Part shown: one piece after another, positions 19,605 to 28,690 of the stretch
How the letters are laid out: each line of letters begins with the position of its first letter
How positions within the stretch are numbered: position 1 is the stretch's first letter
Source of the DNA: Thermodesulfobacteriota bacterium
GTDB lineage: Bacteria; Desulfobacterota_D; UBA1144; Nemesobacterales; JAJCZQ01
Direction: 5' to 3'
Assembly (NCBI GenBank): GCA_965215275.1
Contig: OZ244044.1
Coordinates: 1,600,001-1,664,000 of the forward strand
DNA: 64,000 bases
Position numbers and translations under genes: made by a program
The notes under the pieces: generated by a model
Seen by the model: only the letters and a program-made list of their open reading frames with translations
Databases searched by the model: none
Told to the model about the DNA's origin: nothing

Positions 19605-19656
19605 TTATAGTTTGTGTATCATATAAAAGAAATTAAATTATATTTCAGGAGTCGTT

Positions 19657-19866
19657 ATGGCAAGAGTAACCATAGAAGATTGTTTGGAAAAAGTGGAAAA
19701 CCGCTTTGCACTTTCGGTAGCAGCTATGAAAAGGGCAAAACAGGTGGTTAATGGTGCAATGCCTCTGGCATCGGAAAAAGATAATAAACACGTCGTTATT
19801 GCTCTCAGGGAGATAGCAGAAGGGAAAGTCAACGTGATCTATCCTGATGCACCTGGAAAATATTAG
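19657..19866 (+). CDS. rpoZ: RNA polymerase omega subunit
   Basis: [17 protein letters not shown]...[10 protein letters not shown]. Confidence 0.96.
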   Translation: MARVTIEDCLEKVENRFALSVAAMKRAKQVVNGAMPLASEKDNKHVVIALREIAEGKVNVIYPDAPGKY

Positions 19867-19890
19867 AGCTACTTACCTGATCTATATAAG

Positions 19891-21867
19891 ATGTACCTTC
19901 TAGGTATCGACACGGGCGGGACCTTTACCGACTTTGTGCTTTATGACGGAAAAGATTATAAGGTCCATAAGATCTCCTCAACGCCTGATGACCCTTCCAC
20001 GGCTATATGTGACGGGGTTAATTACTTCAATGAAGTTTCGTTTCGGTATCTGACCTTAGTTCATGGGACAACCGTTGCAACGAACACCCTCCTTGAACGA
20101 AAAGGTGCCAGGGTACTGCTGTTGACCACTAAGGGTTTTGAAGACGTTATTGAGATCGGCAGACAGAACCGCGGTAAACTATACGATCTTTTCTGGACGA
20201 AAAAACCTGCCTTAGTACCGAAACGGGACAGGATAGGTATATCCGAAAGGGTTAATTCCAAAGGTATGGTCTTAAAGGAATTAGACGGTGATGAAGTACG
20301 CACGCTTATGCAAAGTTCAAACTTTGAGGAATTTGAAGCGGTTGCCGTCTGCTTTATTAACTCTTACGTTAATCCTGTACATGAGATCAAAGTTCAGAAC
20401 GTTCTAAGTTCCCTGGATATCCCGGTTTCAATATCGTACGAGGTTATACCTGAATTCAGGGAATATGAACGAACTTCAACCACCGTGGTGAATTCATATC
20501 TCATTCCCAAGGTCAGGGGATATATGCATTCCCTGAACAAAAAACTAAAAGGGGCGGGTATTTACGTTATGCAGTCGAACGGAGGCGTTATAACCCCCGA
20601 GCAGGCGGCAAATGAACCGGTAAAGGTAATTGCCTCGGGTCCGGCTGGCGGAGTGGTCGGGGCTTACAAGATCGCCCGTCAGACAGGGATCGATAAGGTA
20701 ATAACTTACGACATGGGGGGAACTTCCACGGACCTTTCCGTGTGTGATGGTGAATTGAAGTTTACAACGGAGACCGTAATTGATGATGTCCCGATAAAGA
20801 TCCCAATGATGGACATTCTTACCATCGGATCGGGTGGAGGGTCAATTGCGTACGCGGATTCCGGAGGGGTATTGAAAGTAGGGCCTGAAAGTGCAGGTGC
20901 AGACCCGGGACCAGCGTGCTATGGAAAGGGAAAATATCCTACGGTAACCGATGCAAACCTTATGCTTGGAAGAATGCAGGCAGAGAATTTTCTGGGTGGC
21001 AGGATGAAGGTCGACCCCAAGCTGTCAGAAAGTTCCATCAAGACCTTAAACAACGGTTTTGGAATTGATCCCCTTAAACTGGCCGAGATGATAATAAAAG
21101 TTGCAAATTCCAACATGGAACGTGCTGTTAAGGTCATTTCGGTCGAGAAAGGATACGACCCCAGGGAGTTCTCGCTCATCAGTTTCGGTGGGGCAGGGGG
21201 ATTACATGCCTGCGAATTGGCAAGGAGCATCGGCCTTAAAAGAGTGATATTTCCGGTTAACCCGGGAGTTCTTTCTGCGCTGGGTATGCTGTTTGCCGAT
21301 TCGTTCAAAGATTACAGTAAAGGGTTTTTTCTGAACTGTAAGGACGCGGACCTCAGCGTACTTGAACTCCAGTATGGTGAACTGGAGCAGAAAGCGGTCA
21401 GGGATATTCAAGGCGTGGAACAAAACGCTTCATGTTCAAAGGAAGATACAGAGTTTTTAAGGTCAATGGACGTCCGATATAAAAGACAGTCACATGAGCT
21501 GACAATTCCGTACAGCCGTGACTTCATAGATGATTTTCATAAAAAGCATCTCAAAAGGTACGGTTTTAACGGCGTTGATAACGCTGTTGAAATAGTGGCG
21601 TTAAGGGTCCGTGCCGTGATCAGCCGTTCCGTGTTCGAGCTGCCTGAGCTGAAAACAAAAAGATCGGAAATTACAGGAACTGGTTCTCTGGTCTATATAA
21701 ATGGTGAATGGACCGATATAGTTCGTTATGACAGGAGCCGGTTTTATAACGGCTTTGTTTTTAAAGGGCCTTCGATCATTAACGAGGATACGTCAACTAT
21801 TTTCATACCTGAAGGTTTCAGATGCGTTGTGGACCGGTTTGGAAATATAGTTTCAGAAGGGTGTTGA
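19891..21867 (+). CDS. Hydantoinase A/5-oxoprolinase family protein
   Basis: GIDTGGTFTD, HGTTVATN, SGPAGG, DMGGTSTD, GPESAGADPGPACYG. Confidence 0.92.
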   Translation: MYLLGIDTGGTFTDFVLYDGKDYKVHKISSTPDDPSTAICDGVNYFNEVSFRYLTLVHGTTVATNTLLERKGARVLLLTTKGFEDVIEIGRQNRGKLYDLFWTKKPALVPKRDRIGISERVNSKGMVLKELDGDEVRTLMQSSNFEEFEAVAVCFINSYVNPVHEIKVQNVLSSLDIPVSISYEVIPEFREYERTSTTVVNSYLIPKVRGYMHSLNKKLKGAGIYVMQSNGGVITPEQAANEPVKVIASGPAGGVVGAYKIARQTGIDKVITYDMGGTSTDLSVCDGELKFTTETVIDDVPIKIPMMDILTIGSGGGSIAYADSGGVLKVGPESAGADPGPACYGKGKYPTVTDANLMLGRMQAENFLGGRMKVDPKLSESSIKTLNNGFGIDPLKLAEMIIKVANSNMERAVKVISVEKGYDPREFSLISFGGAGGLHACELARSIGLKRVIFPVNPGVLSALGMLFADSFKDYSKGFFLNCKDADLSVLELQYGELEQKAVRDIQGVEQNASCSKEDTEFLRSMDVRYKRQSHELTIPYSRDFIDDFHKKHLKRYGFNGVDNAVEIVALRVRAVISRSVFELPELKTKRSEITGTGSLVYINGEWTDIVRYDRSRFYNGFVFKGPSIINEDTSTIFIPEGFRCVVDRFGNIVSEGC

Positions 21868-21878
21868 GGTTTACCATA

Positions 21879-23186
21879 ATGTCCAAAAATATCATTATAG
21901 GTGGTGGTGTGACGGGGCTTGCCGCGGGTCTGACCTCAGACGTTAAGATATATGAAGCAAAACAGGTTCCCGGAGGTATCTGCTCGTCGTATTATATCCG
22001 TCCCGGTGATAAGCGACCTGAGGCTGCACAACCTGAAGATCAAGAAGCCTACAGGTTCGAGTTAGGTGGTGGACACTGGATCTTTGGTGGAAAGCCCAAA
22101 GTATTGGATTTTATAAGATCACTGACCCCGGTAAAAGAATATACAAGAAAGTCCTCGGTTTACTTCCCGGATACGGAGTTGTATGTTCCGTATCCAATTC
22201 AGAACAATTTGAGATACTTAGGTAAAGACGTGGCAGACAGGGTGTTAGCGGAGATCAGGAACTCTACTGATATGATACCAGACACTATGGAGCAGTGGCT
22301 TGAAAAAAGCTTCGGAAAGACACTTGTAAAGATGTTCTTTGGTCCGTTCCATGAGCTGTATACCGCGGGGCTCTGGACAAGGATCGCACCCCAGGACGCT
22401 TATAAATCTCCCGTGAACGTTGAAGCGGTTAAAAAAGGTGCTTATGGAGACAGGACGGACGCTGTGGGTTACAACGTTAAGTATCTGTACCCTTCAGAGG
22501 GACTTGATGTCCTTGCAGGTAAAATGGCGGGAAGATGTAATATCTCATACGACAAGAAGGTTGAGGAAATAAATCTGGATAAAAAAGAAGTACTTTTTTC
22601 AGATGGGTCAGGAGACAGATACGATAGACTTTTATCAACTCTGCCGCTGAACAAGGCACTGGACTGTTCAGGTCTTACCGTTGATGAATACCGTGATGAC
22701 TACACCTCCGTCCTGGTCCTTAATATCGGTGCTACAAGAGGTGACAGATGTCCTGATGATCACTGGATATACGTGCCTGACAGCAGGTCCAAGTTCCATA
22801 GAGTTGGTTTTTACAGTAACGTTGACAGTTCTTTCCTGCCATTATCGTCCAGAAAGGATATGGACAGGGTCAGTATTTATGTTGAAAGGGCATTTCCAAA
22901 CGGCAGGAAGCCCTCTGACAGTGAGATAAGTTCTTATTCCGGATCAGTAGTTGATGAGTTAAAGGACTGGAAGTTCATTGATGAAGCTGAGACCGTTCAT
23001 CCAACCTGGATAGAGGTTGCCTATACCTGGTCAAAGCCGGGTTCAAGCTGGAGAATGAAAGCATTGAACCTTCTTGCGAAGCAGAACGTCGTTCAGGCAG
23101 GCAGATACGGCAGGTGGAAGTTTCAGGGGATCGCGGAGTCCCTGGAAGATGGTTTTATGGCCGGTAATGATCATCTCTTGTCATGA
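21879..23186 (+). CDS. FAD-dependent oxidoreductase (protoporphyrinogen oxidase/UDP-galactopyranose mutase-like)
   Basis: IIGGGVTGLAAG Rossmann motif at ATG 21879; GGHW; GRYGRW; adjacent to glycan genes. Confidence 0.75.
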   Translation: MSKNIIIGGGVTGLAAGLTSDVKIYEAKQVPGGICSSYYIRPGDKRPEAAQPEDQEAYRFELGGGHWIFGGKPKVLDFIRSLTPVKEYTRKSSVYFPDTELYVPYPIQNNLRYLGKDVADRVLAEIRNSTDMIPDTMEQWLEKSFGKTLVKMFFGPFHELYTAGLWTRIAPQDAYKSPVNVEAVKKGAYGDRTDAVGYNVKYLYPSEGLDVLAGKMAGRCNISYDKKVEEINLDKKEVLFSDGSGDRYDRLLSTLPLNKALDCSGLTVDEYRDDYTSVLVLNIGATRGDRCPDDHWIYVPDSRSKFHRVGFYSNVDSSFLPLSSRKDMDRVSIYVERAFPNGRKPSDSEISSYSGSVVDELKDWKFIDEAETVHPTWIEVAYTWSKPGSSWRMKALNLLAKQNVVQAGRYGRWKFQGIAESLEDGFMAGNDHLLS

Positions 23187-23201
23187 AGTACTCAAGGCTG
23201 A

Positions 23202-24272
23202 TCAGCAAGCTATTATTTCCATCATTCGTTCAACCCTGTTCTTTAAGCTGTGGTCTTTCTTTATTCTTTTATATGAAGCCATGGCTATCTCTTCTCTTTC
23301 TTTTTCGTTCTTTAGGTAGTATTGCACTTTATCTCTCAGTTCTTTTTTATCTTTAAAAGTTATGATCTCTTCTCCTATCCTGAAATAATCCCCTATACTT
23401 TTTTTATCGTCCACGATCTGGAACGTTTTTGACGCGGGGATCTCAAAGAGTCGGTAATTCCCCCCGCTGACCTCAAATTCCCGATGGATATTGACCCCTA
23501 TTTTAGCTGACTTCATCACTTTTATCAGATCGTCACCATATACCACGCCTCTGTAGTTTGATCCAAGGGGCGTTTGATGATCACTGAAGTTCCAGCTCCA
23601 TATACCCAGTCCCAGGTCGGAGATATGTTCTAAAAAATTTTTTCTCCTTTCATCGTACATTCCCGAGAAACAGATATTGACCTTGTTGTCTTTAATAAAG
23701 TCACTGTCAGGATTAATTGAGTCATAGTAGGAAACGCTGCATCCAAGTGGTAATGTCTGCGTGTTTGTGATATTAAGTTCCTCTTCGTAGTATTTAACGT
23801 ATGATCTGTCATAAATAAAAGTGTGGTCGCAGTTTTTGAGTATTTTGTGTACGCCAGGCGACACTTTTGACGGATGTAATCCGAGCCATGTCACCACTTT
23901 TATCCCTTCTTTTTTAAGGTTTTTTATTAAACTTGATAAGTTATAGGTATTTATAAGATATATGAACAGTACGTCGGGGTTGAAGTCCTTTACCTCTTCT
24001 GAGATCTGCTGTGACAGATACAGATCATTTGGGTAATCAGCGATGAACCCGAAGTGTTTTCTGAATGTAAGATACTCTTCACTAAAGCTGTTTCTTATCG
24101 TCCTGTCTTTTCTTAAATGGTCTAACAGGACTGGCATCTTTGTATCGGTGGTTTGCAGTACCTTTACTTCATGTCCCAGACCTGCTGCCTCCCGGGACAG
24201 ATGAACCATATATGTACTTATAAAGAACGTTGTATCGTCAAACGTGATGGGAGCCGCGAAAAGAATTTTCAT
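23202..24272 (-). CDS. Glycosyltransferase, CgeB/YkvP-like GT-B
   Basis: KIGVNIH...NYRLFEIPA...F.IGEEI..F C-terminal domain. Confidence 0.8.
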   Translation of the reverse strand: MKILFAAPITFDDTTFFISTYMVHLSREAAGLGHEVKVLQTTDTKMPVLLDHLRKDRTIRNSFSEEYLTFRKHFGFIADYPNDLYLSQQISEEVKDFNPDVLFIYLINTYNLSSLIKNLKKEGIKVVTWLGLHPSKVSPGVHKILKNCDHTFIYDRSYVKYYEEELNITNTQTLPLGCSVSYYDSINPDSDFIKDNKVNICFSGMYDERRKNFLEHISDLGLGIWSWNFSDHQTPLGSNYRGVVYGDDLIKVMKSAKIGVNIHREFEVSGGNYRLFEIPASKTFQIVDDKKSIGDYFRIGEEIITFKDKKELRDKVQYYLKNEKEREEIAMASYKRIKKDHSLKNRVERMMEIIAC

Positions 24273-24457
24273 TAATTAACGTTGATCTCTTTCAGCTTTT
24301 TTTTTGTAAACAGGAAATACAGTCTTTCAAAAGCAACTAACAGATGGATGGTTATAAAAAAAGAGAGTGATAAGATGAACTTAAAACCATGTATGTATTT
24401 ATTTTTAGTGCTGCGACCTGAACGGTTCATATCCTTCATTATATGAATAGCAGACAA
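24272..24457 (-). CDS. Small hypothetical membrane protein or gene remnant
   Basis: Stop overlaps the start of the next gene (TAATG); one hydrophobic segment; start uncertain. Confidence 0.35.
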   Translation of the reverse strand: MSAIHIMKDMNRSGRSTKNKYIHGFKFILSLSFFITIHLLVAFERLYFLFTKKKLKEINVN

Positions 24458-24474
24458 GATCTTTTATAATATTA

Positions 24475-24637
24475 GGGAATAATATACTTTAGTAAACAAA
24501 AGACAAGCAAATAGCTTTGATAATACTGTAAAATTGGGGAATTATATATAAATATGAGAAACTGATAAAATGGGGTTTGTCAGAAAAAAAGGTTTAAGAC
24601 GTATTTCTACCCACACTGGAAGTCTGGGATTTCTTAC
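24475..24637 (+). pseudogene. Remnant of an element-B-like copy: left end plus deleted tnpB 5' fragment
   Basis: Near-identical to 18044-18125 joined to 18283-18361; no right end seen. Confidence 0.85.
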
Positions 24638-24686
24638 CATATAGCTGTTAAGGTTAAAATTCTCATTGCAATGCTTTGATAATTAA

Positions 24687-24817
24687 GGGAATTATAAAGG
24701 AAAGTTGACAAACTTACCCATACTGTTCTGAGTGCAGAGTTCCTCTATCCCTGTTCTCTTTTGATCTGATACTCTTAGCACTCATCGGGAGTATTTCTAC
24801 CTTATTCCCACCCGATA
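24687..24817 (-). ncRNA. Predicted omegaRNA scaffold of element C
   Basis: AUCGGG/CCCGAU, GUA-GAAA-UAC, UGAGUGC/GCACUCA; compensatory changes relative to A and B. Confidence 0.7.
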
Positions 24818-25937
24818 TGAAGTCTCCTTCATTAAGAGTATTGATATTTTTACCTGCATTTATATCCCTGTTTTCTGAATAACCGCAATATATACAGTTA
24901 AATACTCTTTCAGACAGAGGCAGTTTTGGATTTATCTTTCCGCATTCAGAACAGGCTCTTGTTGTATAATGAGCTTTAACTAAAACCAGCTTGCCTCCAG
25001 CTATCTCGGCTTTGTAGTCAAGTTGATGTTTGATCTTACCCCATTGCTGTTCTGTTATGGATTTAGCAAGATGATGGTTCTTTACCATTCCTTGTATATT
25101 CAAATCCTCTAATTTTATATGATTACACTTCTTTACTATATTGGTAGTCATTCTGTGTATAGCGTTATTTTCACGATCGGTAGTTCGTTCCCATTCCTTT
25201 GCTAACAATAAAACTTTCTTCTTTCTGCTGTCAGAACCTTTTACCGCTCTTGAAACAATTCTCTGCTTTCTTTTCAGTTCCTTCCTGTCTATCCTGATAC
25301 CGGGAACTTTAGTTCCATCTGAAAAAGCTAATCTGTTTGTTATTCCAAGATCTATCCCTATGGAATTATCCAAAGGTCTCTTCTTCTCATTTGTAAACTC
25401 ACACAGAAACTGGAGCTTAATTCTTAACGAACTCCTGATTATTCTTATTATTGTTTTAGGTTGCTTTAATACAACTCCGTCAGGTATAGAACCTTTGAAG
25501 GATAATCTGCCTATTCCCTTAACAGTTAAATATGTTCTTCTGCCTATCTTCTCAATGTTTTTATAATTGTTTGTTTCAAAACTCCTTACAGGTCTGTTTG
25601 GACCTTTATATTTAGGTCTGCCAACCTTCCTTACCTTCTTGCCTGCTTTCTTGTTCCTTAAATAGTTCAAATACGGTCTATATGCATTATCCAGTCTTTC
25701 CAGAACGCTTCTTTGAGCTGTAACATTAAACTTTTCAAATTCCTTGTCTTGCTCTCGGACCTCAGTTAGTTCGTTAAACTGTTCGTATTTAGAGATAGTT
25801 CTTCCATACCAATCCCAGGATTTTAACCTATGGTACAAGGCACTGTTATACAGATCGGTAAGCTGATTTAAGAATTTATCCAGCCTTTTATGAAAACCAC
25901 TATCTGCCTTTACAGTTCTTGTAATCGTTCTAACCAT
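24714..25937 (-). CDS. tnpB: RNA-guided endonuclease TnpB (element C)
   Basis: GIDLG / LEDLN / RDINAG; CSEC..CIYC; 407 aa. Confidence 0.93.
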   Translation of the reverse strand: MVRTITRTVKADSGFHKRLDKFLNQLTDLYNSALYHRLKSWDWYGRTISKYEQFNELTEVREQDKEFEKFNVTAQRSVLERLDNAYRPYLNYLRNKKAGKKVRKVGRPKYKGPNRPVRSFETNNYKNIEKIGRRTYLTVKGIGRLSFKGSIPDGVVLKQPKTIIRIIRSSLRIKLQFLCEFTNEKKRPLDNSIGIDLGITNRLAFSDGTKVPGIRIDRKELKRKQRIVSRAVKGSDSRKKKVLLLAKEWERTTDRENNAIHRMTTNIVKKCNHIKLEDLNIQGMVKNHHLAKSITEQQWGKIKHQLDYKAEIAGGKLVLVKAHYTTRACSECGKINPKLPLSERVFNCIYCGYSENRDINAGKNINTLNEGDFISGGNKVEILPMSAKSIRSKENRDRGTLHSEQYG

Positions 25938-25943
25938 TTAATA

Positions 25944-25972
25944 ACATTACCTTTTTATATTCTGTTTGTCAA
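25944..25972 (-). promoter_or_regulatory. Putative tnpB promoter in element C
   Basis: Minus strand TTGACA-17-TAATGT, 6 nt before the ATG. Confidence 0.45.
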
Positions 25973-26008
25973 TTTATTTTTGTCAACTTTTCTTTATAAT
26001 TCCCATAA

Positions 26009-26923
26009 TTAACAGTTTCTGGGTTCAAAACCGAGCAGCAGCCTGAAGCTCTCATACACCCGAACGTAATTAAGTAAAACACGAATAATAACAATTTTTA
26101 ATTTGTTACCGTTTCTTTTGATTTTTGGACTTACATAATTGTGATTTTTTAATGGTTTCCGGATATATGTGACAGGGAGTAAATTCGATAAGGTTAGACG
26201 AAACCAGAATAATGATGAATATCCCCTTTTTTTATAATAAAGATATTCTCCCCCGGTAATCCTTAAATTTTTTCTTATTAAGTCCTTTAAAGTATTATGT
26301 GCAGGATGCTTTACAATCACGTTTCTTCCATAAATGATCTTGGAGCCTGTGATAATAGCCCTGTCTCCCCATTCTCTGTCGCCGCCGCTTCTGAATGAAC
26401 CATCAAAAATTCCAACGTCTGATAGCGTGGATTTAGAGGTAAATAAATTTGCTGTTACAGAAAAATTTAACTTGTTAATAAATCTCTCCTGGTTGAACGC
26501 AAACAGCATTTCATATTGTTCAACTGCGTTCAGATGGTCCTTGTTTTTATATGTTAATTCGATCCTGCCACCAACAACGCCATAGTAGTTGAGTATTTTT
26601 AAATTGTTTACTCCCGTTTCTATCCAGTTCGGGTAGGGTATGCAATCTGAATCAGTGAAGGCAATAATACTTCCTTTTGCTTGTTGTAATCCTTTGTTTC
26701 TGGCGGCATAGGAACCGCTTTTTTGTTCTTTAAGCAGGATTATCTTGTATAATGATTTTAACTTGAGCAGTTTTTTCCAGTGAAATTCGCTTGAATCATT
26801 ATCAACAACTATTACTTCATACAGTCTTTTATCATAACTTTGATCGTTAAGTGACTTTAGGCACAGACCTAATCTGTCAGAGTCGTTCAAATGTGGAATT
26901 ATTACTGAAACAAATTTCTTCAT
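26009..26923 (-). CDS. Glycosyltransferase family 2
   Basis: VSVIIP, VVDNDS, AARNKG, FTDSDC; AT-rich relative to neighbours. Confidence 0.9.
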   Translation of the reverse strand: MKKFVSVIIPHLNDSDRLGLCLKSLNDQSYDKRLYEVIVVDNDSSEFHWKKLLKLKSLYKIILLKEQKSGSYAARNKGLQQAKGSIIAFTDSDCIPYPNWIETGVNNLKILNYYGVVGGRIELTYKNKDHLNAVEQYEMLFAFNQERFINKLNFSVTANLFTSKSTLSDVGIFDGSFRSGGDREWGDRAIITGSKIIYGRNVIVKHPAHNTLKDLIRKNLRITGGEYLYYKKRGYSSLFWFRLTLSNLLPVTYIRKPLKNHNYVSPKIKRNGNKLKIVIIRVLLNYVRVYESFRLLLGFEPRNC

Positions 26924-27160
26924 AATGCGTTTTGAATCCCGGTAAATGTATTGCCATTTCGTCTGTTTCTGAGAGTTTGCTGGGAATTAAATACACAAGT
27001 TTAATATCTGATAAAAACCTTTTCATACTTTTGACCGGTCCTGTTATTGCTGTTTGTTACCTTCTGTCTGTTTTATATCACGGCTTGTGTTCAAGTCGTA
27101 AAAAGGATACAAACCCTTATCCATAATAGAAATGCTGCATTGCTGATAACCTTATGGGTT

Positions 27161-27913
27161 TTATGAGCTGATGCTTTGTTGATCTTCCGTTCCTGATTCT
27201 TCCACTCTTTCAATACTGCCCTTATTGATATAATAAACGCGGTCGGTCAACTGTATGAGCCTCTCAAGACTGTGACTGACTATAACAAATGTCTTTTTAT
27301 CGTTTTTCATTATCTGGTCTATCTTTAGCTCGCATTTACTGACAAAATATGCATCACCCACTGCCAATGTTTCATCCAGGAGAAAGATATCTACATCGCT
27401 GTGTATGGCAACTGAAAAACCTAACCTTGCGAGCATACCGGAAGAATATTTTTTCACGGGAGTGTCCAGGAATTTATTTTCCAGTTCCGAAAATCCCAGG
27501 ATCTGTTCTTCAAGGCTTTTTATCTTCTCCACCGACATGCCGAGTATTATACCGTTGATGTAAATGTTCTCTTTTCCTGTCAGGTCGGGATGAAATCCGA
27601 CGCCTAATGAGATTAACGGTGCCACTCTGCCTTTCACCATGACTTCACCCTTGGTTGGGGAGGTAACGTTGGCAAGGAGTTTTATGATCGTTGTTTTTCC
27701 TGAACCGTTTGGCCCGTAGATCCCGATCGATTCTCCCTCTTCAACCCTGATGTTAATATCTTTAAGCGCCCAGAACTCGCTGCTGTCTATCTCCCCTGTT
27801 TTCTTGCTGGAGAAAAGAAGTTCGAGTCTCTCTCGTAACGTGTTATGGTAGCCCTTTCCGATCGTAAATTTCTTCCAGACGTTTTTGATCTCTATGATGG
27901 TGTTAGATGACAT
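27161..27913 (-). CDS. wzt: Polysaccharide ABC exporter ATPase
   Basis: FWALKDI, GPNGSGKTT, YSSGMLARLGFS, LDETLAVGD. Confidence 0.88.
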   Translation of the reverse strand: MSSNTIIEIKNVWKKFTIGKGYHNTLRERLELLFSSKKTGEIDSSEFWALKDINIRVEEGESIGIYGPNGSGKTTIIKLLANVTSPTKGEVMVKGRVAPLISLGVGFHPDLTGKENIYINGIILGMSVEKIKSLEEQILGFSELENKFLDTPVKKYSSGMLARLGFSVAIHSDVDIFLLDETLAVGDAYFVSKCELKIDQIMKNDKKTFVIVSHSLERLIQLTDRVYYINKGSIERVEESGTEDQQSISS

Positions 27914-28682
27914 CGGCGAACTTTGTTTCTATCTTGGCAAATAGTCTTTGTGCTAAATAAAACAGTATTATTATAAGGAAAAATACTACGATCAACTGCC
28001 ACAGTACGACGTTCCTTCCTTCCAGCATGCACCTTCTCATGTTTTCGATTATAAACGTGAGAGGGTTCAGGAAGAGCAACAATTTTAGTTCTATATTTAT
28101 ACTGTCTATCGAGTAAAGAATAGGAGAACCAAAGAACATGAGTTGCAAGATAAACCTGGTGAGAAGGGCAACGTCCTTGTAATAGACGTTCAGACTGGCA
28201 AGTATTAATGATACTGACAGGGTGAATATAACAAGCACCAGTATTAACGGGATTAACCACAGGATTGTGAAGGTGATCTGGATCTTGAAATACAGCATCA
28301 TTACAAAAAACAGAAGGCTGGCAATGATCATATCGATAAACGCCACCGCAATGCCCGACAGAGGAAAGACCTCTCTGGGGAAATATATACTTGTTATAAG
28401 TTGCTGGTTTGATGAAAGGCTGTTTATGGAATAGTTGACCGATGAGGAAAAAAAGGTCCAGGGAAGCAGTGCACTGTAATAAAATACGGGTCGCGGATAG
28501 TTTCCAATGTCTATAGTTAAGATGAACGTAAAAACGAATGTAAAGACCAGCATCAGGCTCAGCGGTTGAAGCACTGCCCACATGATGCCCAGAAGGCTGT
28601 TTTTGTACCTTATGTTGAACTCCCTCCATGCTAACATGTAAATGAGGTCTTTATAGGGCAACAATCTTGATATAGGGTTCAC
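27903..28682 (-). CDS. wzm: Polysaccharide ABC exporter permease
   Basis: RYKNSLLG.MWAVLQP, IYFPRE, LNPL ABC-2 motifs. Confidence 0.88.
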   Translation of the reverse strand: MNPISRLLPYKDLIYMLAWREFNIRYKNSLLGIMWAVLQPLSLMLVFTFVFTFILTIDIGNYPRPVFYYSALLPWTFFSSSVNYSINSLSSNQQLITSIYFPREVFPLSGIAVAFIDMIIASLLFFVMMLYFKIQITFTILWLIPLILVLVIFTLSVSLILASLNVYYKDVALLTRFILQLMFFGSPILYSIDSINIELKLLLFLNPLTFIIENMRRCMLEGRNVVLWQLIVVFFLIIILFYLAQRLFAKIETKFADVI

Positions 28683-28690
28683 GTTGAGAT

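Larger units (their letters stand above)
24687..26004 (-). mobile_element. Non-autonomous tnpB element C with TIRs and 8-bp TSD
   Basis: GGGAATTATAAAGGAAAGTTGACAAA at 24687 vs TTTGTCAACTTTTCTTTATAATTCCC ending 26004 (25/26); ATAATTAA at 24679-24686 and 26005-26012. Confidence 0.92.

Noticed and set aside
16497..25937. Nuclease-dead TnpB (TldR-type) regulators
   Set aside because: All three keep the RuvC D, E and D residues.
16480..26004. CRISPR array or Cas12f system around the TnpB-like genes
   Set aside because: The GGGAATTATA motifs are paired inverted termini, not regularly spaced direct repeats; no cas1/cas2 or spacers are present.
16480..26004. Autonomous IS with tnpA
   Set aside because: No HUH, serine-recombinase or DDE transposase ORF is present in the elements or the window.
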